Source: Azolla caroliniana
Lineage: Eukaryota; Plantae; Polypodiophyta
DNA: 22,695 nucleotides
Assembly (NCBI GenBank): GCA_043228905.1
Contig: JBHGNT010000499.1
Location: 1 to 22,695, forward strand
Direction: 5' to 3'
Positions within the stretch are counted from its first letter, which is position 1; each line of letters opens with the position of its first letter. The translations under genes and the position numbers were made by a program. Positions 1 to 12,597 of the stretch are shown here, piece by piece. The notes under the pieces were generated by a model. That model saw only the letters and a list, made by a program, of their open reading frames with translations. It searched no databases and was not told the DNA's origin.

Positions 1-1118
1 ACTCCGAGTTACTCTAAGGGCCGAATACATGATTGCGTTGGAGCCCCAAAAAACATTTGTTATTTCAATTATTCTCGTTTTTTCGGCTCTTTAATTTGAA
101 ATTGTCAATAAAGTAATAATTATGATTGTTAACGCACCTGATAAATGGCTCCTAAAATTCCTAAAGACGAAGAAAATAAGCAAACAGTATTATAAGCGTC
201 TGTGTTAAATTCCTCCATAACAGTGACCGCAACATCTGTGCCGTTTCCACGATAGCAACAGAACGTCTGAATCGTCGGATCAGACATTTTTTATCTTCTT
301 TTAACCTACGATCAGAAATCCGAAATCTCTTGACTCATTCTTTCGACCATCGTTTTGCACCAAATGGATTTTCTTTACTAACAGTTAATTTAAAAAGCGA
401 TTTACAATACTGGTTAAACGCGATATAAAAGCAAATAAGTGTGGTGCAAACGAGACCGAAATCTGATATCAGTACAAAGATAAAAAAGGAAAATAGGTTT
501 GTTTACGGCGTGTCGTCCTCGGTTGATAAAAAGGGTAATGGAAGCCATACGCCATCAGGTTTAACATTAACGTTAAAACGACGTTCTTTTTTTTTTTTTG
601 ACGCATAGAAATTCATTCTCAAAGAACACAAACGCCTTTTAAAAAGCGCCAACGAAAACCTATAGGCAACCTGGTAAACTATTAAATTATGTTTTTTTTT
701 TAAACATTACATCCACAACCTTTAAATTTGACAAAACCTTATGGCTAATATTTAAATTACTTTTAGTAACATATAAATAGCTGAAAAAATAAATATTTTA
801 TAGTGTAAAATAAATTTTAATGGTAGCCATGTTGCCTGGTCAGTTTGACAGATTGTCCTCTTTAACCTCGAACTGCTTTGGTCATCTGTCATTAATGTCA
901 TTTATGAGACGCCAACGAGTTGCGACTTGTTTTTTCTATATATATATTTTTTATGGTTTGAAATGTTGTGATTTAGGAAATGTCAGAGTTAAATTATCCA
1001 TAAATAATATCAAGTTTACGTTATCGATGAAAAATACTATCCCAATATCGGGGGCATTTATGTTAACTTTTAATATACCCAAAGTTTTTTGAGCTTCGCG
1101 CCCTGGTTTTAAGCAAAA

Positions 1119-4100
1119 ATGAAGAATTTAGTAGACTGTTCAGATAGCGTAGGGGACCTGACCACTTCGCTGGACTTACAGTCGTGCCAAGAAAGCATTT
1201 CCGACGATAATTTACAACATTCCAGCCTGTTTATTGCTGTAAGTAATTCCCTCAAGTCACGGCGTTTTTGGGGCTCATTTTGTAACTGTCCGAGAGGATC
1301 AGAAAGTCTAGATAATATAGGTCTCGCCATTGGGCCCTGTTTAAACAAATCTAATTAAAAATCAATGGATATTATATACCTGTTATATTTCCTTGTTTAT
1401 AAATGATATGTTTCAATAAGCAATCTTTCGTATTAAGATTCTTATGTAATAACATGCTACATACCGAGACTCTAGTATTATTCAATTGTATTCCAGGTGG
1501 AAAGTGCCAAAGTTTTGTGCCCCACATCGATCCTCAAGAACCAAAATCGAGCTACGTCACGGCTCAAGTGAGCCCCCTGGATCCCAACATGAGCTCCGTG
1601 GCGCGATACAGCCCGGTGCTGGTGCAGTATCCGGACAACCAGATGGACCCCATCGTGATTCGCCAGCTCGTAAACGATAATAAAAGCGCCCAAGCCAAAG
1701 AAACCGATAACGGCGTAGTCCTGTGCGATAAAAATATCAAAAGCTTGGACAATCAGTTTTTTAATTTGGTCAACGATAATGTTGATATGTGCGATTCGGA
1801 CGCGTTACAGTTGGTCAGAACGAGAGACCAGCAAGGGGTGGAATTGTTGATTACGGATCATACCACGGGTAAATATTGGGGTTTTTTTAAATTGGTTTTT
1901 AACTAGCCGTTTGTTTATTTATACTTCTGAGGTTCTGCTGGGTTTTAGAGGTTATAAAAACAAACGAAAATAAATGGTACTCAGCGAAAACAAATGAAAC
2001 TAAATGTCAATTTTTGGTAGTATAAAATGACATATTGTTTGACGATGTTAATTTATCCGAAATAGGTATTTCCTACAGCGTAAACGCCCAAGAATTACTG
2101 GTGGAACAATGCCTGGAAGAGGACCAACGATTGTTGGAAACTTTGGTGCCGGGGCCCATATTAGAATCCGACTTGTTGGCGCTGGACGAGAATACTTTAA
2201 AATCGGAATTGAATAACGCCGATAATCAATCGACCGTGGTCACATCGATCAACGAAGAAGTCATTAACAATTATATAAATTGTTTGTCGAAAAGAAACTT
2301 GGATAGTGAGAGGTCGAAAATGCAAACGAGAAGTGGAGCCAAGCACGAAGTTGAACCGGGAAACTACCACGTAAGCTATTTGGGGTATAAGTAAAGTATT
2401 TCTGGACAAACTGTTTTAAGGTGTCCGTAAACTTTTGCTATTTTTTAGTGTATTGTGTTTATAGTATTATGGATAAGCCAATATTACCAAGAGCTCGAGC
2501 CACATTGCCGGAGGCATATTTGTGTATTACCAAAATAAATGAAGGTAAGGTTACACGATTAAGCGACTAGACTGTTAAATAAGTTGAATAAAGTGTACTA
2601 TATAGTTTAGTAGTATTAAATAAATATTGTTATTTCAGAAAACGTGGTGGTAGCTAAGAAAATGATACCAGGGAGGACCCAATTCGGTCCGTTAGAAGGA
2701 GTTTTTGTTCCCAATAATTGTGATATAGAAATAAGCGATAAAAGTGACGATTTACGTTTTTTAATTACAATTAAAGGAAATATTTATAATATTGACGTCT
2801 CGGACGAACGTAAGTAAGCCGCAAATTACTAATTTTATATCAAATAAAACGTATTATTAGTATTATTTCTCCAGAAAGATTTACAGGCACTTATATTTCT
2901 CTTTATTTAATCTAAAAAGTTGTATTATCTTTAGACGCATCGAATTGGATGAAATTTGTCAGGAAAGCTTCCAGCTTTAGAAGAACAAAATTTAGTTATG
3001 ACGGAAGAAGAAGGGGGACTGTATTATTATACGACCAAAAATGTACTACCAAAAGAGGAGTTAAAGGTGAGCGGGAACATTTTTACAGAAAAAATGTATG
3101 TGAGAAGATTAAGTGATGGTTGATTTTGCCTACAGATGTTTCATGTCGATCGATCGGTGCAAAAAGTTTAAGGAAACTTTGGTTCTGCATTATCATGCTG
3201 GAAGTTTCGATCTATCTTTGACTTTGAGCGACCATATCTTTCTTAATCGTATAGATATTTATTTCAAATTTGGATATGATCTACTTGAATCTACCCGTAA
3301 TAAACCCACATAAACAGATTTGAGCTTTGACTTTTGGATTTTTTTATATTTCAATTTTTTAGAGGTCTGCATTCTCACGCTACCAGTTTGGTTCAATCTT
3401 CGACTTTGAACGATCATATCTTCCTTAATCGTAGAGATATTTATCTCAAATTTTGATATGATCTACTTGGATCTACCCGTAACAAACCGCATTAACAGAT
3501 TTGAGCTTTGATTTTTAGTTTTTTTATATTTCAATTTTTTTAGAGGTCTGCATTCTCACGCTAGCAGTTTCGTTCTACCTTCGACTTTGAACGATCATAT
3601 CTTCCTTAATCGTAAATATATTTATTTCAAATTTGGATGTGATATACTTGGATCCACCTGTAACAGACCCACATTAACAGATTTGAGATCTGACGTTTTT
3701 CTTTAATACATTTAATACTTTCCAGGTCGGATACAGCACCGCCTATGCGGAACGCTATAATCTAAAAGCGTTGAAACCTGCGGAAGTATTAAACTGGCCC
3801 TGTTTCGAGTGTTCTTTTATCTGCGCCTCGTCGGAGGAATTGCAAAGGCACCTGGAGGAACACGACAAAAAAATCGACGAGAACCTGAAACCGAAAAAAA
3901 AGTGCAAAAAAAAGTTTTTGTTGTCGGCCAAATCCGACGCGGACGTGGTGGAATGCAACGTTTGCCAGCATTCCTTTTCTACGAAGGTCAATTTTAACAC
4001 TTTAAAGAGCCACCTGCTGGAGGAGCATCGCTTCAGCGGGGTCAAGATTAAGGATTATTTTTCCATTCAGCCGTAAGTTTTGGCACAAAGATCTCTCTTC

Positions 4101-7100
4101 AAACATTCCAAACAGGCAATCATTTATAAAAGCATCGATAGTAATCGTTTTTTAGAAATTTCGAGTGCGATATTTGTCACGTGAGGTTCCGGATGGAGTC
4201 CCTGTTAAACATTCACAAGCTGGAGCACGATCCGGATTTGGCTCTGGATTATGCGAACCACGTGTGTCCGCAGTGCCAACGAAAGTTCCCCACCAGAAGG
4301 CAGCTGGTGGTACACGTCACTTATCACGTGACACCGAGTCGGGTGAAAAAGGAAGCCGGCGTGCGGTGCGACGTTTGTTATAAGCTGTTTTCGCACCAGG
4401 CTAGACTGCAGGTATTTTATTAGCTTTTAGCTATGAGGTTATATATTTGGGTTTGAACGATCATATCTTTCTTAGTCGTCCAGATATTTATTTCAAATTT
4501 TGATATAATCTACTTGAATCTATCTGTAGTCGACTCAAATAAACAGATTTGAGCTATGAGTTTTAGTTTTTTATATATTTTGATTTTTCTGGAGGTCTGC
4601 ATTCTCACGCTACCAGTTTCAATCTATCTTCAACTTTGAATGATCATATCTTTCTTAGTCGCTAAGATATTTATTTCAAATTTGGATATAATCTACTTGA
4701 ATCTATCTGTAGTCGACTCAAATAAACAGATTTGAGCTATGAGTTATAGTTTTTTTTATATTTTGATTTTTCTGGAGGTCTGCATTCTCACGCTAGCAGT
4801 TTCAATCTATCTTCAACTTTGAACGATCATATCTTTCTTAGTCGCAAAGATATTTGTTTCAAATTTGAATATAATCTACTTGAATCTATCTGTAGTCGAC
4901 TCAAATAAACAGATTTGAGCTATGAGTTATAGTTTTTTTTATATTTTGATTTTTCTGGAGGTCTGCATTCTCACGCTACCAGTTTCAATCTATCTTCAAC
5001 TTTGAACGATCATATCTTTCTTAGTCGCAAAGATATTTGTTTCAAATTTGAATATAATCTACTTGAATCTATCTGTAGTCGACTCAAATAAACAGATTTG
5101 AGCTATGAGTTATAGTTTTTTTTATATTTTGATTTTTCTGGAGGTCTGCATTCTGACGCTACCAGTTTCAATCTATCTTCAACTTTGAACGATCATATCT
5201 TTCTTAGTCGCTAAGATATTTGTTTCAAATTTGAATATAATCTACTTGAATGTATCTGTAGTCGACTCAAATAAACAGATTTGAGCTATGAGTTATAGTT
5301 TTTTTTATATTTTGATTTTTCTGGAGGTCTGCATTCTGACGCTACCAGTTTCAATCTATCTTCAACTTTGAACGATCATATCTTTCTTAGTCGCAAAGAT
5401 ATTTGTTTCAAATTTGAATATAATCTACTTGAATCTATCTGTAGTCGACTCAAATAAACAGATTTGAGCTATGAGTTATAGTTTTTTTTATATTTTGATT
5501 TTTCTGGAGGTCTGCATTCTCACGCTAGCAGTTTCAATCTATCTTCAACTTTGAACGATCATATCTTTCTTAGTCGCAAAGATATTTGTTTCAAATTTGA
5601 ATATAATCTACTTGAATCTATCTGTAGTCGACTCAAATAAACAGATTTGAGCTATGAGTTATAGTTTTTTTATATTTTGATTTTTCTGGAGGTCTGCATT
5701 CTCACGCTAGCAGTTTCAATCTATCTTAAGTCGCAAAGATATTTATTTCAAATTTTGATATAATCTACTTGAATCTATCCCTAGTCGACTCAAACAAACA
5801 GATTTGAGCTATGAGTTATAGTTTTTTTTATATTTTGATTTTTCTGGAGGTCTGCATTCTCACGCTAGCAGTTTCAATCTATCTTCAACTTTGAACGATC
5901 ATATCTTTCTTAGTCGCAAAGATATTTATTTCAAATTTGAATATAATCTACTTGAATCTATCCCTAGTCGACTCAAATAAACAGATTTGAGCTATGAGTT
6001 ATAGTTTTTTTTATATTTTGATTTTTCTGGAGGTCTGCATTCTCACGCTAGCAGTTTCAATCTATCTTCAACTTTGAACGATCATATCTTTCTTAGTCGC
6101 AAAGATATTTATTTCAAATTTGAATATAATCTACTTGAATCTATCCCTAGTCGACTCAAATAAACAGATTTGAGCTATGAGTTATAGTTTTTTTTATATT
6201 TTGATTTTTCTGGAGGTCTGCATTCTCACGCTAGCAGTTTCAATCTATCTTCAACTTTGAACGATCATATCTTTCTTAGTCGCAAAGATATTTATTTCAA
6301 ATTTGAATATAATCTACTTGAATCTATCCCTAGTCGACTCAAATAAACAGATTTGAGCTATGAGTTATAGTTTTTTTTATATTTTGATTTTTCTGGAGGT
6401 CTGCATTCTCACGCTAGCAGTTTCAATCTATCTTCAACTTTGAACGATCATATCTTTCTTAGTCGCAAAGATATTTATTTCAAATTTGAATATAATCTAC
6501 TTGAATCTATCCCTAGTCGACTCAAATAAACAGATTTGAGCTATGAGTTATAGTTTTTTTTATATTTTGATTTTTCTGGAGGTCTGCATTCTCACGCTAG
6601 CAGTTTCAATCTATCTTCAACTTTGAACGATCATATCTTTCTTAGTCGCAAAGATATTTGTTTCAAATTTGAATATAATCTACTTGAATCTATCTGTAGT
6701 CGACTCAAATAAACAGATTTGAGCTATGAGTTATAGTTTTTTTTATATTTTGATTTTTCTGGAGGTCTGCATTCTCCCGCTACCAGTTTCAATCTATCTT
6801 CAACTTTGAACGATCATATCTTTCTTAGTCGCAAAGATATTTATTTCAAATTTTGATATAATCTACTTGAATCTATCCCTAGTCGACTCAAACAAACAGA
6901 TTTGAGCTATGAGTTATAGTTTTTTTTATATTTTGATTTTTCTGGAGGTCTGCATTCTCACGCTACCAGTTTCAATCTATCTTCAACTTTGAACGATCAT
7001 ATCTTTCTTAGTCGCAAAGATATTTGTTTCAAATTTGAATATAATCTACTTGAATCTATCTGTAGTCGACTCAAATAAACAGATTTGAGCTATGAGTTAT

Positions 7101-10100
7101 AGTTTTTTTTATATTTTGATTTTTCTGGAGGTCTGCATTCTCACGCTAGCAGTTTCAATCTATCTTCAACTTTGAACGATCATATCTTTCTTAGTCGCAA
7201 AGATATTTGTTTCAAATTTGAATATAATCTACTTGAATCTATCTGTAGTCGACTCAAATAAACAGATTTGAGCTATGAGTTATAGTTTTTTTTATATTTT
7301 GATTTTTCTGGAGGTCTGCATTCTCACGCTAGCAGTTTCAATCTATCTTCAACTTTGAACGATCATATCTTTCTTAGTCGCAAAGATATTTGTTTCAAAT
7401 TTGAATATAATCTACTTGAATCTATCTGTAGTCGACTCAAATAAACAGATTTGAGCTATGAGTTATAGTTTTTTTTATATTTTGATTTTTCTGGAGGTCT
7501 GCATTCTCACGCTACCAGTTTCAATCTATCTTCAACTTTGAACGATCATATCTTTCTTAGTCGCAAAGATATTTGTTTCAAATTTGAATATAATCTACTT
7601 GAATCTATCTGTAGTCGACTCCAATAAACAGATTTGAGCTATGAGTTATAGTTTTTTTTATATTTTGATTTTTCTGGAGGTCTGCATTCTGACGCTACCA
7701 GTTTCAATCTATCTTCAACTTTGAACGATCATATCTTTCTTAGTCGCTAAGATATTTGTTTCAAATTTGAATATAATCTACTTGAATGTATCTGTAGTCG
7801 ACTCAAATAAACAGATTTGAGCTATGAGTTATAGTTTTTTTTATATTTTGATTTTTCTGGAGGTCTGCATTCTCACGCTAGCAGTTTCAATCTATCTTCA
7901 ACTTTGAACGATCATATCTTTCTTAGTCGCAAAGATATTTGTTTCAAATTTGAATATAATCTACTTGAATCTATCTGTAGTCGACTCAAATAAACAGATT
8001 TGAGCTATGAGTTATAGTTTTTTTTATATTTTGATTTTTCTGGAGGTCTGCATTCTCACGCTAGCAGTTTCAATCTATCTTCAACTTTGAACGATCATAT
8101 CTTTCTTAGTCGCAAAGATATTTGTTTCAAATTTGAATATAATCTACTTGAATCTATCTGTAGTCGACTCAAATAAACAGATTTGAGCTATGAGTTATAG
8201 TTTTTTTTATATTTTGATTTTTCTGGAGGTCTGCATTCTCACGCTACCAGTTTCAATCTATCTTCAACTTTGAACGATCATATCTTTCTTAGTCGCAAAG
8301 ATATTTGTTTCAAATTTGAATATAATCTACTTGAATCTATCTGTAGTCGACTCAAATAAACAGATTTGAGCTATGAGTTATAGTTTTTTTTATATTTTGA
8401 TTTTTCTGGAGGTCTGCATTCTCACGCTAGCAGTTTCAATCTATCTTCAACTTTGAACGATCATATCTTTCTTAGTCGCTAAGATATTTGTTTCAAATTT
8501 GAATATAATCTACTTGAATCTATCTGTAGTCGACTCAAATAAACAGATTTGAGCTATGAGTTATAGTTTTTTTTATATTTTGATTTTTCTGGAGGTCTGC
8601 ATTCTCACGCTACCAGTTTCAATCTATCTTCAACTTTGAACGATCATATCTTTCTTAGTCGCAAAGATATTTGTTTCAAATTTGAATATAATCTACTTGA
8701 ATCTATCTGTAGTCGACTCAAATAAACAGATTTGAGCTATGAGTTATAGTTTTTTTTATATTTTGATTTTTCTGGAGGTCTGCATTCTCACGCTACCAGT
8801 TTCAATCTATCTTCAACTTTGAACGATCATATCTTTCTTAGTCGCAAAGATATTTGTTTCAAATTTGAATATAATCTACTTGAATCTATCTGTAGTCGAC
8901 TCAAATAAACAGATTTGAGCTATGAGTTATAGTTTTTTTTATATTTTGATTTTTCTGGAGGTCTGCATTCTCACGCTAGCAGTTTCAATCTATCTTCAAC
9001 TTTGAACGATCATATCTTTCTTAGTCGCAAAGATATTTGTTTCAAATTTGAATATAATCTACTTGAATCTATCTGTAGTCGACTCAAATAAACAGATTTG
9101 AGCTATGAGTTATAGTTTTTTTTATATTTTGATTTTTCTGGAGGTCTGCATTCTCACGCTAGCAGTTTCAATCTATCTTCAACTTTGAACGATCATATCT
9201 TTCTTAGTCGCAAAGATATTTGTTTCAAATTTGAATATAATCTACTTGAATCTATCTGTAGTCGACTCAAATAAACAGATTTGAGCTATGAGTTATAGTT
9301 TTTTTTATATTTTGATTTTTCTGGAGGTCTGCATTCTCACGCTAGCAGTTTCAATCTATCTTCAACTTTGAACGATCATATCTTTCTTAGTCGCAAAGAT
9401 ATTTGTTTCAAATTTGAATATAATCTACTTGAATCTATCTGTAGTCGACTCAAATAAACAGATTTGAGCTATGAGTTATAGTTTTTTTTATATTTTGATT
9501 TTTCTGGAGGTCTGCATTCTCACGCTACCAGTTTCAATCTATCTTCAACTTTGAACGATCATATCTTTCTTAGTCGCAAAGATATTTGTTTCAAATTTGA
9601 ATATAATCTACTTGAATCTACCTGTAAACCAGCTACATAAACATATTTGAGTTATGAGTTTTAGTTTTTTTTATATATTGATTTTTTCAAAGATCCACAT
9701 ATTTATGCTAGCAGTTTCAACTTTGAACGATCGTATCTTCTTTAATGATTAAGATATCGTTTTTAAATTTGGACATGACTTGCTTTAATCTACCTGTGAC
9801 CGACACATATAAATATATTTAGTATTGATGAAAAATTGCAGAAGCACATGTCCACCCACGGTTCCGAAGACTCCAAGCCGTTGCAGTGCAAGGTTTGCAA
9901 GCGCCGATTCCTGACCAAATCCGCCCTCGCGGCGCACGCCGTCATGCACTCCGGCGGCGACTTCTTCTTCGTCTGTCCCATCTGCAACGAGACCTTCGAC
10001 CACGTGTTGAAGCTCAAATGGCACATCCCGAAGCACGCGCAAAACGACCAATTCGCCTGCCCGCATTGCCAGAAATCCTTCAAAAAGTACAGCGTAATCA

Positions 10101-12089
10101 GGAAACACATTCGCGCCTTCCACGGCGAACGCAAGCTGGCCTGCCAGCATTGTCCGGGCACCTTTTCCACGGAAGATTTGCTGAAGAAGCACATGCTGAA
10201 GCATTCGGATCATCGCGAGTTTCTCTGCTCCGAGTGCGGCAGGCAATTCAAGAGGAAGGACAAGCTGAAGGACCACGTCAAGAAGATTCATCCGGAGGGG
10301 CGGTTTAAGGAGGACGGCGGGAGGTCGGGCCACGCCAAACGGGCCCCCTTTTCATCCAAGGCGGAGCCCACGGATTTTCACAGGTTCATTTACAAGTGCC
10401 ATACGTGTTTGGTTGGCTTTAAGAGAAGGGGTGAGGCAAACAGATTATTTTTAATAATTATAACAAGCCACAGGCTAGACTTTATAACAATATAAATGAA
10501 TTGAACCTAATTGTGTTAGGTATGCTGGTTAACCACCTGGCGAAACGTCACCCGGACATCACTCCAGACTCTGTTCCGGAACTCAATTTACCCATTCTCC
10601 AAACCACCAAGGACTACTATTGCCAGTATTGCGATAAAGTCTACAAAAGCAGCACCAAGAGGAAAGTACACATTTTAAAAAACCATCCCGGAGCGGCTTT
10701 ACCGGTTAATAATAGGTAAGCATAAGCAATACTCTCGCGAACGTTCTTCGAATTTTGGTTTGATAATTAAAGCGTTTTCGCGAAGACTAGCTGAAGGAAT
10801 TTAATTTGAAACTAGTTTAAATACCTGTCAAACGATTGGTGTAAATTATATGCTTGCTTTCTCGACAAGACAAATGCCATTTGCTTTTGCTTGCCTGGTT
10901 TATGGCTTTGCTGCAAGGCAATCACCATAAATTATATGCTCTAAAATGTTTTCAAATTTTTGAGGTTAAATTCGAAAGCAACTGTCAAACGCAAACAAAA
11001 CACTAATAGAAATGTGTCGTTGTATCGATATGTAGGGAATGCGCGATAGGTTATTACGTGTGACAGACAGTGACAAGTGAGAGTTACCATAGAAACATAG
11101 TTCTACAGACGAACACTGACGTTTTATTATATATATATATGAGATTCTCTCGCGTATTTTGGGGGGATAATTAAATCGTTTTCGTGGCGACTAGTTTAAA
11201 AAATTTAATTTCTTGTTTTTGAGGCAACAAGGGAATAGTTTACAAGGAGGAGCGGCCCAGCCCACGTACTCGCAGACGGTGGGTAGCGTGACCACCAGAC
11301 CGAAAAATTGTCGTTGGTGTCACAAGCAATACGCCAGCAAAGCGAAATTGCAACAGCACGTGCGCAAGGAACATCCGGACGAACCGGATATCAGGCAAGG
11401 TTAGTTTAAGTTTTATTTAATAAGGTTAGCCAGCCATAGAAAACGCGATATTTTCAGATACAGATTTTGGATTAATAATAAGTGTGAGTAGAATAAGCAT
11501 TCTTTATATTCGTTTCCCATAATGGTAAGGTAGAAATACAGAGAGTGAGGGAGAGAAATAAAGAAAAAAGGACCCACACTGAGAGGAAGAGAAACTATGA
11601 CAAACAGCGAGAGAGAGGAGGATGCCGTTGTCTACTTTTGTACCTTTATTTAAGTAGCGTCTACGAGTGGATAATATCTTGTTTTTAATTTAAATAAACG
11701 TACCTCAAAATCCCACTTTTTTAATATAAAATAATTATTTTCAATTGTAGATCCGGAACGTGCAGAACCATTGGAATCTAACGCGAATTTAAATAGCGAC
11801 GAATTTAAAACGAAATTAATATCGAAAAGCCGAATTAGCGGTACGAATAAATGTTTGGGCGACGAAGATTCCAAATATTGCAGTTTATTAATCGACGAAA
11901 ACGGGGCGTCGGAAGGACAAAACGGGCGGGGGCCCCATTTATACGACTTGTTAAGTTCGAATAACGGTAAGTGTTAAAATAGATTAACTAATCAAAATTA
12001 ACAATTTTTGTTTTCCAATGTTTGAACATTCTAATATTTATCAAAATATTCTTATTTCAGGTTCGATGCCGACGTGTGGAGAAAATTAA
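1119..12089 (+). CDS. PRDM10: PRDM10-like PR/SET-domain C2H2 zinc-finger transcription factor, 13 exons, with apparent frameshifts in the 5' half
   Basis: Exons traced by GT-AG and phase: 1119-1238, 1497-1868, 2066-2370, 2449-2544, 2639-2809, 2935-3066, 3726-4072, 4156-4411, 9842-10430, 10520-10715, 11224-11399, 11751-11966, 12061-12089 (TAA). PR-domain motifs are [28 protein letters not shown] and EELKVGYS. There are 13 C2H2 fingers. The string [17 protein letters not shown]...VPELNLPI...[28 protein letters not shown] is characteristic of PRDM10. Exons 7-13 join in frame. The exon 1/2 and 3/4 junctions and exon 6 each need a 1-nt correction. Confidence 0.88.
2449..3770 (+). other. PR/SET domain-coding exons (4-7) of the PRDM10-like gene, absent from the ORF track
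   Basis: 2469 ATG GAT AAG CCA ATA TTA CCA AGA GCT CGA GCC ACA = [12 protein letters not shown]; 2641 [20 protein letters not shown]; 2940 [12 protein letters not shown]; 2980 [29 protein letters not shown]; 3726 VGYSTAYA. Confidence 0.85.
3181..3700 (+). repeat. Short, diverged array (~3 units) of the 183-bp satellite in PRDM10-like intron 6
   Basis: GGTCTGCATTCTCACGCTA...ACTTTGAACGATCATATCTT...TCAAATTT...AACAGATTTGAG recurs at about 3181, 3364 and 3545, with many substitutions. Confidence 0.9.
4428..9822 (+). repeat. Large homogeneous tandem satellite array, 183-bp unit, ~29 copies, filling PRDM10-like intron 8 (4412-9841)
   Basis: GGAGGTCTGCATTCTC starts at 4591, 4774 and 4957, giving a period of 183. 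Units are near-identical, most carry a GTCGAC (SalI) site, and the terminal units are degenerate. Confidence 0.97.
10732..11210 (+). repeat. Pair of imperfect direct repeats (~65-75 bp) at the two ends of PRDM10-like intron 10
   Basis: 10732-10807 CTCTCGCG..TTTTGG..GATAATTAAAGCGTTTTCGCGAAGACTAG..AATTTAATTT matches 11147-11210 CTCTCGCG..TTTTGG..GATAATTAAATCGTTTTCGTGGCGACTAG..AATTTAATTT. Confidence 0.75.
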
Positions 12090-12597
12090 GTCATGAAATA
12101 AAGAGTAAATAAATGGACCCTCGGAAGATTTAGAAATGCAAGATGGATGTTTCTGAGAATCAAAAATATAACACAAATTGTAAAAAGTGATATTAAATAT
12201 TGTTGATTAGTAAATCCGCCTTTTTTTTTTCTTATATCATGTTGTAAAGGTGACTAATAATGATCCTACACGATTCAAACATCCTTTATTTAAGAACAAA
12301 GTTTTTCTACAAAACCAATATAAATACACAAAGAGAGAAAAATAGATAAACACATAATTAGAGAAAGAGATAAATAAACGCAAAGAGAGACAGGCAGATG
12401 ATTTTTTTAAATATAAACCAGAAAAGAACGCATAGTTATTGCAAAAAAAGGATTTGTGCTTATGCCCTGTTGTAGAGGTTATTAACATTAATTCTACCCA
12501 TGTCAAACCCCCCCAAATAAAAAAAACAATATTTATATCTGTAATATTTATTAACTAAAAATACATGTTTGAACATTACAAATACTGAATTACCAAG

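Noticed and set aside
1-150. Possible first coding exon of a divergent minus-strand gene (ATG at 30, MYSALRVTRS running off the window)
   Set aside because: Only 10 codons are visible and there is no homology evidence.
1022-1029. DRE-like TATCGATG about 95 bp upstream of the PRDM10-like ATG
   Set aside because: A 7/8 match is expected by chance in AT-rich DNA, and the transcription start is unknown.
820-1092. 90-aa ORF upstream of the PRDM10-like start
   Set aside because: The translation is low-complexity and AT-derived, has no motifs, and lies in the probable promoter/5' UTR region.
4428-9822. CRISPR-like array interpretation of the tandem repeats (also 19930-22695)
   Set aside because: The units are near-identical over the full 183 bp, with no unique spacers and no cas genes, and the context is a eukaryotic intron.
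9785-10333. Long antisense and alternative-frame ORFs (182, 134 and 140 aa) over the zinc-finger exon
   Set aside because: These are shadow ORFs of a GC-rich C2H2 exon with no recognisable domain. The same applies to those over 1478-1752, 3755-4045 and 4165-4396.
11425-11675. Possible MITE with GA-rich interior in PRDM10-like intron 11
   Set aside because: I could not identify convincing terminal inverted repeats or a target-site duplication.
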